Source of the DNA: a virus
Lineage: Duplodnaviria; Caudoviricetes
Strand: one strand, 5' to 3'
DNA length: 64,000 bases
Virus record (IMG/VR): IMGVR_UViG_3300029305_001221
Location: 1-64,000 of that record
Of this stretch, positions 1 to 8,876 are shown one piece after another. A program made the translations under genes and the position numbers. The notes under the pieces are model-generated. The model did not search any database. It was not told the DNA's origin and saw only the letters and a list, made by a program, of their open reading frames with translations. Position 1 is the first letter of the stretch. Each line of letters opens with the position of its first letter.

Positions 1-5
1 CTCCT

Positions 6-1682
6 GTGGTATCGACTGTCGAGCTTAACGAAGACGATAGAGTACTCGTTGCTATTAAAAATCATACGGCTACTGTTACTGGCAATATGACGAATATCGC
101 ATTGGGCAAGATGACTGAAGGTAACCTTAGATCTGAGATTAGTCAGACTGCGGAGAAAATCACTCTATCCGCCGAGAAGCTAGAGGGTGACATTGCAACC
201 GCTAAGGCAGAATTTACTGTCGAGGCTGGTAAGATTCGAGCTGATATGACAGCTCAGGGCGATGAGTTACAAAGACTTATCGGTGAGAATAGCGACGAGA
301 TCACTGATCTAGAAAAACGTATGACGTCCGCTGAGACAGAAATTGTCGCGATTCCTGGTAGAGTTGAGTCGACCGTTAGCGCTAAGTATGCGACTATAGA
401 GACGACTGATGACCTCAATTCTAGACTCGAATCTGCGGAATCCAGCATTGTTCAGTTGCCCAACCTGATTGAAACGACGGTTAGCGGAAAATATGCCGAT
501 AAAGAGGAGTTTACTACTTTCAAACAGGAAGTAAACGGCTTCAGCTTTATGGGTAATGGCGGTACTGTTAAAATCAGCGGCGGTGATATCAACCTTACCG
601 GTGCTATTAAGTTTTCTGATCTTACTGATAGCTCTTCTGTTCAGAGTCAGATAAACAATGCTAACAATAATGCGTCCGATGCTCTTGATGCGGCAGAAAG
701 TGCTGAATCTATGGCTAGTGATGCTCAGGATACTGTCGATGGGGTATTAACAACTGTTAATGGTATCACTATTACAGAGGGTTCTAAAACCTACCTCGAT
801 GGTGAAATGATATACTCAAACTCCATCTATGCGGATGCTATGCATTTAGGCGGAAGTCTTGCGGTATATAGGACTTTATACGGCACCACCATCGGCGGAT
901 ATTTAGGTTACGACGATGGTTTCAACTCTGACTCGGGTATAGGCATCCGTTATAGTAACGGAAATACCCAGATGGTATGTACCAATTTAGCAGCACGTTT
1001 GTCTTATGGCGCGAGTTCTCCGACTGCGCAGTTCGTAGCATCGAGTTCACATGCAGCTATTGATTCTGATAGCGATATAGATATCACCGCTGGTAGACAT
1101 GCTAGAGTTACTGGTGATTACAACGTATATCTAAACGCAAAAGGTGACGGTATTATATTTCAGCTTGCTAGCAATAGTGTTGGCTGTTTTACAGCAAATA
1201 GCTTCCGTTCTTATCCATCTGGTACTAACGCCACCATCGGTGTTTCTGGACAAAGATGGGCTGCGGTATATGCTAGCAAAGTATATAACTCTAGCGGAGA
1301 GCTGACCACGTCTGACCGCAATGCTAAAAACAGTATTGAGAACCTGCCGGATAAATATATTGACCTGTTCGATAGACTTAGACCTGTGCGTTTTAAGTTC
1401 AATGACGGAACGTCTGACCGATATCACGTCGGTTATATTGCTCAGGAAGTTGAAGAAGCGATGGCTGCTTCCGGTATCGATAGTAAGGAATTCGGAGGTT
1501 TTGCTCGCGAGGTTGACGAAGATGGCAATATATTATGCATGTTGAGATACGACGAATTCGATGGCGTTCGAGATCTCAAAATTAAACGGCTTGAGAACGA
1601 TTTTCTCGCGGTCAAATCTGAAAATGAGGAACTGAAGGCTCGTATCGAGAAGCTCGAAAAGCTGTTAACTCAAAATACATAA
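6..1682 (+). CDS. Tail fibre/tail spike C-terminal part with intramolecular chaperone (Peptidase_S74-like) domain; 5' end lies outside the window
   Basis: Coiled-coil N-part and beta-rich body. C-terminal TSDRNAKNSI...LRPVRFKF...HVGYIAQEVEE...LRYDEF followed by a coiled coil is typical of the S74 chaperone. The frame is open to the window edge. Confidence 0.85.
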   Translation: MVSTVELNEDDRVLVAIKNHTATVTGNMTNIALGKMTEGNLRSEISQTAEKITLSAEKLEGDIATAKAEFTVEAGKIRADMTAQGDELQRLIGENSDEITDLEKRMTSAETEIVAIPGRVESTVSAKYATIETTDDLNSRLESAESSIVQLPNLIETTVSGKYADKEEFTTFKQEVNGFSFMGNGGTVKISGGDINLTGAIKFSDLTDSSSVQSQINNANNNASDALDAAESAESMASDAQDTVDGVLTTVNGITITEGSKTYLDGEMIYSNSIYADAMHLGGSLAVYRTLYGTTIGGYLGYDDGFNSDSGIGIRYSNGNTQMVCTNLAARLSYGASSPTAQFVASSSHAAIDSDSDIDITAGRHARVTGDYNVYLNAKGDGIIFQLASNSVGCFTANSFRSYPSGTNATIGVSGQRWAAVYASKVYNSSGELTTSDRNAKNSIENLPDKYIDLFDRLRPVRFKFNDGTSDRYHVGYIAQEVEEAMAASGIDSKEFGGFAREVDEDGNILCMLRYDEFDGVRDLKIKRLENDFLAVKSENEELKARIEKLEKLLTQNT

Positions 1683-1699
1683 AATAAGGAGCGAGAGCT

Positions 1700-1999
1700 A
1701 TGGAAGAAAAGCTGGATATAGAGCACCGCGTGACAGTAGTGGAGGATCGTAGTAAATCCAACTCTAAGCGTCTTGATGACGTCGAAAGAAGACAGGATAA
1801 CCTCGATGAATTGGTCAGTACCGTAAAGGTCCTGGCAGTTCGAGAAGAAAATGTTGAATCCGATGTCAAAGAAATTAAAACCGATGTTAAGTCATTGAAA
1901 GAGATTCCTGCCAATCGATGGAACAGCATAGTCGAGAAGATTATCTGTGTTATTGTTGGTGCAATCGTTGCTTATGCAATGACTAAAATTGGCTTGTAA
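1700..1999 (+). CDS. Holin-like / XhlA-like small membrane protein
   Basis: Coiled-coil N-terminus, one C-terminal TM (IICVIVGAIVAYAM), position after the tail fibre, AAGGAG RBS. Confidence 0.6.
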   Translation: MEEKLDIEHRVTVVEDRSKSNSKRLDDVERRQDNLDELVSTVKVLAVREENVESDVKEIKTDVKSLKEIPANRWNSIVEKIICVIVGAIVAYAMTKIGL

Positions 2000-2022
2000 A
2001 ATAAAAATGGAGGTAATTACTT

Positions 2023-2298
2023 ATGGCTAATATTGAAGGACATGGTAGACCTACCAAACGTACCGCCGCCGCTGTTGGTGATTTGTACGTCGATCTCGAC
2101 ACCGGTCATATGTACGAATGTATTTCTGCCGATGCGTATTCCCAGGTGCATGGCGACCTTATGGGTGGCTATATTTGGAAGTATGCACTTGACGTCGATC
2201 ATGTTATTGCGGCAGATGATTCTACGGGTTCGGGCTCTGGTTCTGGATCCGACTCTAATCTGATCATCATTGATTGGTCTGACGAAGAGACTGCTTAA
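2023..2298 (+). CDS. Hypothetical protein
   Basis: GGAGG RBS; followed by a hairpin and U-tract at about 2306-2345. Confidence 0.65.
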   Translation: MANIEGHGRPTKRTAAAVGDLYVDLDTGHMYECISADAYSQVHGDLMGGYIWKYALDVDHVIAADDSTGSGSGSGSDSNLIIIDWSDEETA

Positions 2299-2454
2299 AT
2301 AATAGAAGAGGGGCGGCCGCGTTGGCTTCCCCTTCTTTTATTTTTCGATTGAATGAAATTGCGGCTAGTAAATATAACACCACGACCAGAGTATATAACA
2401 TGTTCGTTTAAAATACAACTCCTATTATGGACAAATAGCAAAGGAGTGAGTGAT

Positions 2455-2670
2455 ATGGCAAAAGTATATGACTTTCCATTAAAGAAACTTCCAGAGGAGA
2501 TTGACGTACGCTTGGACGAAATCGCAAAGGATTATGTCATGGCATTATATGATGTAATGGATGATCTATGTGATGAGCTAGAGCCTGCGAATGATGAATA
2601 TGAGGAGGTTTTTATGGTAGTACTGATGACTCTTGTAGAAAAACTTGACAAAGCTATTGAAGGATTTTGA
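2455..2670 (+). CDS. Small acidic hypothetical protein (cassette)
   Basis: AAGGAG RBS before ATG 2455; upstream motif and downstream terminator. Confidence 0.7.
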   Translation: MAKVYDFPLKKLPEEIDVRLDEIAKDYVMALYDVMDDLCDELEPANDEYEEVFMVVLMTLVEKLDKAIEGF

Positions 2671-2773
2671 GGAGGGGTTGTAATAACCTCTTCTTTTATT
2701 TTTTTGTCCGAACATAGTGAAGACAATTGACCGCGATAATTACTTTTCCCTTTATAGAAAGGAGACGAGAAGT

Positions 2774-2989
2774 ATGATTACTAAGAAGGTTTATGTCACT
2801 GTTCTTAATCACGAAAAGTATGAGAAGGTTGTACAGGAACTAAATAAGCTTGGCGTTACTATACTTGAAAAAAGTTATAATGTAGCTTGTGATCGGTACG
2901 ATATTCTTACTGAGATGAATGTTGAACAGTGTTGCACGATGCTTACTTTTGTAAACAAACTCGGCGGCATTCTATGGAAAGGGGAGTAA
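2774..2989 (+). CDS. Small hypothetical protein (cassette)
   Basis: AAAGGAG RBS before ATG 2774; own motif and terminator. Confidence 0.65.
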   Translation: MITKKVYVTVLNHEKYEKVVQELNKLGVTILEKSYNVACDRYDILTEMNVEQCCTMLTFVNKLGGILWKGE

Positions 2990-3034
2990 CATCCCCTATT
3001 CTTTTTGTTTCGCTCCATTTACATACTCTATTAT

Positions 3035-3162
3035 GGAGAGGAAGAGTTCTGCCTACTTAGCGGTAGGAGTAAGAATTGTGGTCGTGGCCAGAAATGGTCG
3101 AGTTCTGCCTACTTAGCAGTAGGAGTAAGAATTGTGGCGGCTTTCTCTTTTGTTTTTTTTTT
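3035..3162 (+). ncRNA. Putative structured small RNA with two near-identical 38-nt hairpin arms
   Basis: Begins at the motif at 3010. Repeats at 3044-3081 and 3100-3137 differ at one base. Central GGCCA-GAAA-TGGTC hairpin. 5' AGAGGAAG pairs with 3' CTTTCTCT, followed by a U-tract. No RBS or credible ORF. Confidence 0.65.
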
Positions 3163-3252
3163 GCTAGAACAATGGAGAGCTTGTATATTATATCAATATA
3201 GTTCGCATATAAAGCATGTTATATTATGAGAAAACTAAAGGAGGACGACGAT

Positions 3253-3417
3253 ATGTCAAAAGAAGACATTATCAAAGCTATCGAGTTGATCGACGAACAA
3301 TTACAGAAAAATCACGAGGTTGGTGCTGTATATATTCCGACGACACGATTGCTTATGGATGTTCGAAAAATGTATGTTGACATGTTAAAGTACAAATACG
3401 GGGTTTTCTATACGTAA
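3253..3417 (+). CDS. Small hypothetical protein (cassette)
   Basis: AAGGAGG RBS; motif at 3203; terminator at 3425-3458. Confidence 0.65.
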   Translation: MSKEDIIKAIELIDEQLQKNHEVGAVYIPTTRLLMDVRKMYVDMLKYKYGVFYT

Positions 3418-3458
3418 GTGTAAAAGGCTCTGTCAAAACGACAGGGTCTCTTTTTTTT

Positions 3459-3530
3459 GTTAGAGTAACGACTTACAACATCCATAGCCAATCCTATATC
3501 CCCAATGATGTTATAACTCGTGACCCTAAC
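3459..3530. other. Candidate attP of the serine integrase
   Basis: 24-bp imperfect inverted arms (20/24 match) at 3459-3482 and 3507-3530 around a 24-bp centre, just past the integrase 3' end and its terminator. Confidence 0.5.
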
Positions 3531-3560
3531 AAAGAAACCCTTGATATACAAGGGCTCTCT
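3531..3560 (-). terminator. Intrinsic terminator of the integrase gene
   Basis: CCCTTG-tatat-CAAGGG hairpin followed by TTTCTTTG on the minus strand. Confidence 0.6.
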
Positions 3561-3567
3561 AAGTGTG

Positions 3568-5421
3568 CTATAGTTTTAAATCAATATGCAATTCAAGATC
3601 GTCCTCATCCTCTTTACGCCAGTTCAGACGTTTTGTTTTAGAATAGGTAATTTTTGCTATTATCGATTTCAAACTTTCATTCTTCTGTGGTATACTCATG
3701 TTGTCGTATTCATTTAAACATTCTTCAAGATTCGGTACTGCTTTCTTATATTTGATAAGGGTGCTATTATCGTCATCGTTTTCGAATTCTTCGAGCTGCG
3801 TCATCAGTTCGTTGAGTTCGGATTCGATATCGCCTTTTATCTCCACATAATCTTCATGCGGTATTGCATGCTCTTCCTGATTCTGTTTTCGTATTAGATT
3901 TTTACGTTCTTTCTTCAAACTTTCTATTTTATTTTTAATCTTGACGATACTCTTTTGTTTATTAGTTTGTTCCTTTACTATTTCTTTTTCATAGTTATTA
4001 ATGTAATATTTAAAATTTGCTAGTTGAACTTTTAAATCATCCAATATAGCTCGTTCAATTCTTTGCAAACAAGCTCCTACCATATTGCAATGCTGATTAC
4101 TACACACAAACATGTCGTTCAACGGCGGTGGATCTACATACGTCATTATCTGTTCGTCGAATTCGTCACTGTCGATTTCCAGAAAGAATTTTAGCTCATA
4201 CCATTTCTCAGTAAATAAGTCGCTATAATGGTTATGGTCTGGACGAGTATCAAACCATGTTACCACGTTATGTTTCTTGATATTTAGGAACTCCGCTATT
4301 TGTTGATAACTAACGGCCTTCTTTTCCTTATGCTCTCGCAGAAAAGCGTTCAATTTTGCTTTATTTATCTCATATTTACGGCGTTTCTTACGTTCTTTGT
4401 CGCGTCTAGTATTTTTAACCCTAACCAGGGAGTGATTGCATTTCTTACAGAATACTAGACCTGCTATAGGGTTTTGTAACTCTCGATTAAGTCCTACTCT
4501 AGACGACGGATTCCCTTTTATTTTTTCTTGGGCTAGATCCCACGTCTCTTTCGATACAATCGGATCATGTCGTCCTCTAACGAGCATATAATCATCGGTA
4601 CTAACCCGTATCTTTGTTATTTCTTCGTTTATCCATCTTTTTACGGTCGGTCGTTTACCCCATGCAGTCGAACCATAATATATTTCATTCTTCATAACAT
4701 GTCGCACCATCGCATCGTCCCAGAGTTTGTTTTTGCGAGGCTTCATGTGATGCTTATTTAAATAACTCGCTACCTCGATCGCTGTTAAATCCTCATCTAC
4801 AAACAATTTGTATATGGTTTCGACAATGGGAGCCTCGACTTTATTTTTAACAAGCATAAAACCTCGATCTAAAGCTTTTCTCTGATAACCAAACGGAGGC
4901 GTAGAGCCAACATATTTGCCTTCTCGAATTGATAAGTTCTTACCACGATCCATTATTTCTTTATGATATTCGAGATACTGGTTACCCTGCACTAATTGAG
5001 CTTCAAATAGCTGTCTATCAAACTTATTACTTAAATCATATGTCTTAGTTACCGTTACGACGAGCGTGTCAGTATATCTAAGAATGTCGACAACTCGTCC
5101 GCAGTCGGTCATTCCACCACGAGAAATACGCTGCGGTTCAACTACTAATAACCCGCGTATCGGTTCCTTTTCTAAACGCTGAAATACTTTCTTAATTTCA
5201 ATACGCTCGTCTAAGGTCTCTCCAGAAACTACCTCTCGATAGATATTTGCTTCGGGTATCTTTTGCCCGAATGTCTGCTCGGCGTAATCCTGTAATATTT
5301 TCTCATGTCGTGCTAAAACCTCTTCAACAGTTTCATTTCTCTCAGCCCTTGATTTTCTTAAATAAATTATTATTTGATCTACGCATATCTGCGAAAGTTC
5401 GTGTTGCGTGATTATATGCAT
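3568..5421 (-). CDS. Large serine recombinase (integrase) with an XRE-like HTH inserted in the zinc-ribbon domain
   Basis: YLRKSR catalytic motif; EVVSG, RISRG, recombinase domain (PPFGY), zinc ribbon CKKC...CSNQHC and coiled coil. Start at 5421 follows an AAGGGG RBS. Confidence 0.92.
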   Translation of the reverse strand: MHIITQHELSQICVDQIIIYLRKSRAERNETVEEVLARHEKILQDYAEQTFGQKIPEANIYREVVSGETLDERIEIKKVFQRLEKEPIRGLLVVEPQRISRGGMTDCGRVVDILRYTDTLVVTVTKTYDLSNKFDRQLFEAQLVQGNQYLEYHKEIMDRGKNLSIREGKYVGSTPPFGYQRKALDRGFMLVKNKVEAPIVETIYKLFVDEDLTAIEVASYLNKHHMKPRKNKLWDDAMVRHVMKNEIYYGSTAWGKRPTVKRWINEEITKIRVSTDDYMLVRGRHDPIVSKETWDLAQEKIKGNPSSRVGLNRELQNPIAGLVFCKKCNHSLVRVKNTRRDKERKKRRKYEINKAKLNAFLREHKEKKAVSYQQIAEFLNIKKHNVVTWFDTRPDHNHYSDLFTEKWYELKFFLEIDSDEFDEQIMTYVDPPPLNDMFVCSNQHCNMVGACLQRIERAILDDLKVQLANFKYYINNYEKEIVKEQTNKQKSIVKIKNKIESLKKERKNLIRKQNQEEHAIPHEDYVEIKGDIESELNELMTQLEEFENDDDNSTLIKYKKAVPNLEECLNEYDNMSIPQKNESLKSIIAKITYSKTKRLNWRKEDEDDLELHIDLKL

Positions 5422-5460
5422 GGAAAAATATACCCCTTTTCTGTTTGTCAATTTTACATT

Positions 5461-5477
5461 ATGCTTCAAATAGTGAA
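5461..5477. promoter_or_regulatory. Putative operator ATGCTTCAAATAGTGAA (identical copy at 6513-6529)
   Basis: 17-bp exact repeat with a TTCA-N5-TGAA dyad, upstream of the integrase and of gene 6553. Confidence 0.5.
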
Positions 5478-5527
5478 ATTCTCATATTTTACTGAATACA
5501 TACATATCTTTTATAGAGGTGATCGAC

Positions 5528-5680
5528 ATGAAAATTACTTATTCACGAAGAACCCCTACAAAGGAAGTTCTTCAACATGTTTATGACGTAATGAACAAAA
5601 ATATTAAGAATCCCAAATGTTTCTATACGTCAGAGCAGGTAAAAGAGCTAAAGAAAGATAAGAATAATATCTGGCTATAA
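5528..5680 (+). CDS. 50-aa basic protein, divergent from the integrase (not in the ORF track)
   Basis: GAGGTG RBS; MKITYSRRTPTKEVLQHVYDVMNKNIKNPKCFYTSEQVKELKKDKNNIWL. Confidence 0.6.
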   Translation: MKITYSRRTPTKEVLQHVYDVMNKNIKNPKCFYTSEQVKELKKDKNNIWL

Positions 5681-6058
5681 ACGAGACTGTTCTTTAGCAT
5701 GTAAGTATAACTTCATAATACTCTCGTACAATTCTTGTTTCTCATCCATCGGAACATTGTCATTTTCAAAAATTATTTTAGCGCGTTCTAACAAATCAAC
5801 CGTTTCTATCTCATTCGATTCGAAACCCAATGTCTCAATAGAAACGCTAAAGAAATCGGCTAAAGCTTTGATCTGATGGATGTTGAAATTTCTTTTTCCG
5901 GTCTCCAGATTCGAGATTTGACCTCGAGATAAGGGTTTGCCGGAGATTTTATCGCCTAACACTTCCCCTAGTTCGTCTTGCGTAATCCCTCTTGATTTTC
6001 TCAACTGTTTGACACGCTCGCCTATTTCTCTAGTATTAATCGACTTTTGAATGCGCAT
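5675..6058 (-). CDS. XRE-family repressor (CI-like)
   Basis: N-terminal HTH IGERVKQLRKSRGITQDELG...ISNLETGKR; next to the integrase. Confidence 0.85.
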   Translation of the reverse strand: MRIQKSINTREIGERVKQLRKSRGITQDELGEVLGDKISGKPLSRGQISNLETGKRNFNIHQIKALADFFSVSIETLGFESNEIETVDLLERAKIIFENDNVPMDEKQELYESIMKLYLHAKEQSRL

Positions 6059-6285
6059 CTTACCACAACCTTTCTTTTATTTTTTTTGACATAAAAATAT
6101 TTTTAAGAAAAACATATCTTTTTTTGATGTTTTTCATTTTTATATTTTTACATAAAAATATTCAAATAGCAAACTTTTTGATTTTTAGTTATACAAAACA
6201 CATACATATTTCACAAATTAGTTTTAATATAGTAGTGTGAAAAACAAAACATATGTTCTAATGCATAAATAAGGAGTGGGGATAC

Positions 6286-6447
6286 TTGGAGGGCGTCGCA
6301 AAAGTAATCGATGAATTAGGTTTAATGATTCTTGCCAAAAACGTTGAACTCGAAACAAAGCAAGATGAGATTGATAGACTAAAAGAGAAGATAAACTTAA
6401 TGGAGAGCTATTTAGAAGTATACGAAGAATTCTATAGTAAACTTTAG
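6286..6447 (+). CDS. 53-aa coiled-coil protein (not in the ORF track)
   Basis: AAGGAG RBS, TTG start, MEGVAKVIDELGLMILAKNVELETKQDEIDRLKEK... Confidence 0.5.
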   Translation: MEGVAKVIDELGLMILAKNVELETKQDEIDRLKEKINLMESYLEVYEEFYSKL

Positions 6448-6552
6448 TCGATAGGATATCTGGTCATGCTGAACGGTTAAGGCAACATTGTTTGGCATTT
6501 TTTTTAAAGCGAATGCTTCAAATAGTGAATTTAGAAAGGGGTATGTTAACAA

Positions 6553-6957
6553 ATGGCTACGGTAATACGTCCAGAGATATCGGAGAAGAACAAATACTAC
6601 ATAAGTAAACATAGACATTACGAGCTGAAGCATTTCTGCCTTCAATATCCGGAATGGAGACGCTCATATACAGAAGCGGATGGATTTGGACGAATTGCTT
6701 CTGAATCCGATACGAGATATTCTGATAGGACTGCTAAACACGGAACATTAAGAGCTAAGTACATAGATAGAATAAGACTTATAGAAGAAGCTGCGAGATT
6801 GGCTGATAATGATCTCTCGTCATATATTTTAAAAGGAGTAACCGAGGGTTATTCGTATACATATTTAAAAACTACAATGGGTATGCCGTGCGGTAGAGAC
6901 ATGTATTATGATCGATACAGACGATTCTTCTGGCTGCTTAGTCAATCGCGAGATTAA
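6553..6957 (+). CDS. Putative phage transcriptional regulator (ArpU/RinA-like)
   Basis: Size and the C-terminal YSYTYL...CGRDMYYDRYRRFFWLL helix pattern recall phage activators; adjacent to the immunity region. Confidence 0.45.
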   Translation: MATVIRPEISEKNKYYISKHRHYELKHFCLQYPEWRRSYTEADGFGRIASESDTRYSDRTAKHGTLRAKYIDRIRLIEEAARLADNDLSSYILKGVTEGYSYTYLKTTMGMPCGRDMYYDRYRRFFWLLSQSRD

Positions 6958-6988
6958 CCGTCCCTATTATAGAAAGGGAGTGTTAGAT

Positions 6989-7198
6989 ATGAAATGGAAA
7001 AGCATATTGTCGCATGGATTAGTATTAGTTACCGGTTATGGAATCGGGAAGATCGTTGGAGGTTTGAAAGTCTGCAAATTTATGGCAGATGAATTCGAAA
7101 AGGAATTTCCTGGTTTTAAGAAAGGAGTAACTAAGGCTGCTAGCGACAAAGTTATCGATCGCATGTTTAATGAAACCGAGGAACGCGAAGGGGTGTAA
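6989..7198 (+). CDS. Small membrane protein (cassette)
   Basis: N-terminal hydrophobic GLVLVTGYGIG; own motif and terminator. Confidence 0.7.
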   Translation: MKWKSILSHGLVLVTGYGIGKIVGGLKVCKFMADEFEKEFPGFKKGVTKAASDKVIDRMFNETEEREGV

Positions 7199-7274
7199 CA
7201 ACCCCTTTTTGTTTTGTTCGCGTATTTTTCAGCGTCCTTTATGAAGTATAAATTATTTTAGGAGGTATAAAACT

Positions 7275-7559
7275 ATGACACCTATTTATATGTACGGATT
7301 GGGCGGATACGAGGATCATTTCAGGATTATCGTACACTGGCGCATCGATGAGGATATGGACAATTACGAGGACGTATTTGATTTGTGCAAAAGCAAAGCT
7401 TCATATATGAGATATAAACATCCATCTGTGAAGGAAGTTTATGCAATATATCAGAAACCCGGATTGGCGCATGACTATCAGCGCACGGTTAAGAAGAATG
7501 ACATAGAGCATTGTGTCGCCTTCCGAGACATGCTTAGAGCAAAGGGAATGGATTTCTAA
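7275..7559 (+). CDS. Hypothetical protein (cassette)
   Basis: GGAGG RBS; motif at 7218; terminator at about 7583-7612. Confidence 0.7.
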   Translation: MTPIYMYGLGGYEDHFRIIVHWRIDEDMDNYEDVFDLCKSKASYMRYKHPSVKEVYAIYQKPGLAHDYQRTVKKNDIEHCVAFRDMLRAKGMDF

Positions 7560-7696
7560 AAGCAAGTTATACTCGAAAAGAGAAGAGCTCTTAAAACGGG
7601 CTCTTTTCGTTTTTCGGCAGAACTAAGAGACGGCAGTCGCGTATAATACAGCCCCCTTTATGAAGTAAATACATATATTTTGAGAGGAGAATAACT

Positions 7697-7963
7697 ATGA
7701 AAAAGTTATGTGTACTTATGGGGTTGGCATTAGTGATTTGCGGATGGATTGGTCTGGCAATGCTTAACAATAATGAGGTTGTATCCGATGAGGATATCGC
7801 AATGAGTTATATCATCAACGAATACGGAGAGGATGACTACGAACTAGTCATGTACGAAGAGGAGGATGATGAATATATCAAGTTTGCGGTTTTCAAGGAC
7901 GGGAAACCTTTCAGAACTTGTAGCATTTTAAGAGATTATTATCTAGTTCACGCGGATAGCTGA
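7697..7963 (+). CDS. Small exported/membrane-anchored protein (cassette)
   Basis: N-terminal signal or TM segment, acidic body. Confidence 0.7.
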   Translation: MKKLCVLMGLALVICGWIGLAMLNNNEVVSDEDIAMSYIINEYGEDDYELVMYEEEDDEYIKFAVFKDGKPFRTCSILRDYYLVHADS

Positions 7964-8058
7964 GGCTATCCCTTTTTATTTCTGAACATTAGTGAGGGGA
8001 TCGGTCGCGTAAATTGCACGTTACTTTATAGAAATAATGAAAAAGGAGATGTACTATT

Positions 8059-8244
8059 ATGGCACCTTGTGAAATGGGATATAGAGACAATTTTCAGGAT
8101 AAGAAGATCAAACACAAGAATAAGACTCAATTCAACTTGGGTAGGATTCTTGAGACGATCGCAGACTACCTGTGGATGATCGCAATATTCCCAATCGCAT
8201 TCGTCGTCAGAGTATTCAGATGGACTTATCATTACGACGACTAA
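8059..8244 (+). CDS. Small membrane protein (cassette)
   Basis: C-terminal TM LWMIAIFPIAFVV. Confidence 0.65.
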   Translation: MAPCEMGYRDNFQDKKIKHKNKTQFNLGRILETIADYLWMIAIFPIAFVVRVFRWTYHYDD

Positions 8245-8348
8245 GAGGCTTCGGCCTCTTTTTTATTTCTAAAATATCTAAGAAAATCGTCGCATAAATT
8301 ACACGCTCCTTTATGGAAACAATTTACATTACAAAGGAGACTATACAT

Positions 8349-8552
8349 ATGAAGAAGTTTGAAAAGTATTTGAAGAAGTTTGTGCTGTATCTTTGCGAAA
8401 CATACAAGAATAAGCTTTGCGCTTTGGCATTGCTTATCTGCGGATGGATTCCGTTAAAGATTAGCGGCGATGGAACTGCTTTGATGATTATTGGCTTTTT
8501 CGCAATTGGATTGTTCTTTGCGAGAACGGATTGGTTCTTAAAGAAAAATTGA
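8349..8552 (+). CDS. Small two-TM protein (cassette)
   Basis: AAGGAG RBS, two hydrophobic segments. Confidence 0.65.
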   Translation: MKKFEKYLKKFVLYLCETYKNKLCALALLICGWIPLKISGDGTALMIIGFFAIGLFFARTDWFLKKN

Positions 8553-8659
8553 GGAGACTTCGGTCTCTTCTTTTATTTTTTAAATCTAGATTAGATCTCG
8601 CGTAAATTACACATCCCTTTATGGAGTAAACAAGCATATAATCGAAAGGGGAAATAATT

Positions 8660-8830
8660 ATGTTGAACTTTATTACTATTATCGCTGGAGTTATGATTGG
8701 AACGCTTTTGGCTGGCGTTGTGACATTCGTAGTAATGACATATACGCCGTTCTTTGGCTGGTACATGAAGAAAGTCGCGAAGATGAGTAAGGAGATCACT
8801 GAGGAACTCATGGAGGAGTATGATCTGTAA
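8660..8830 (+). CDS. 56-aa membrane protein (not in the ORF track)
   Basis: MLNFITIIAGVMIGTLLAGVVTFVVM...; motif at 8598, terminator at 8842-8870. Confidence 0.65.
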   Translation: MLNFITIIAGVMIGTLLAGVVTFVVMTYTPFFGWYMKKVAKMSKEITEELMEEYDL

Positions 8831-8876
8831 ACTCAGAACGAGAGTCTAAGAAATTCTTAGGCTCTTTTTCTTTTAT

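Larger units (their letters stand above)
2404..3229 (+). promoter_or_regulatory. Four copies of the 27-bp phage promoter-like motif (2404, 2731, 3010, 3203)
   Basis: TCGTTTAAAATACAACTCCTATTATGG, CCGCGATAATTACTTTTCCCTTTATAG, TCGCTCCATTTACATACTCTATTATGG, TCGCATATAAAGCATGTTATATTATGA. Each follows a terminator and precedes an RBS or an RNA. Confidence 0.75.

Noticed and set aside
3044-3137. Mini-CRISPR array (38-nt repeat, spacer, repeat)
   Set aside because: There are only two repeats, the 18-nt spacer is too short and is itself a GNRA hairpin, there are no cas genes, and there is no typical GAAAC/ATTGAAA end. The CCTAC/GTAGG stem only loosely recalls Cas12a. Kept as an sRNA instead.
6075-6270. 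Precise sigma-A promoters in the immunity region
   Set aside because: TTGACA occurs (6085, and on the minus strand near 5445), but no -10 box at 16-18 bp spacing could be assigned confidently
8313-8348. ATG starts inside the repeated motif (e.g. 8313, 49189)
   Set aside because: The ATG is part of the TWTWATG box with no upstream RBS; downstream starts have proper SD sequences
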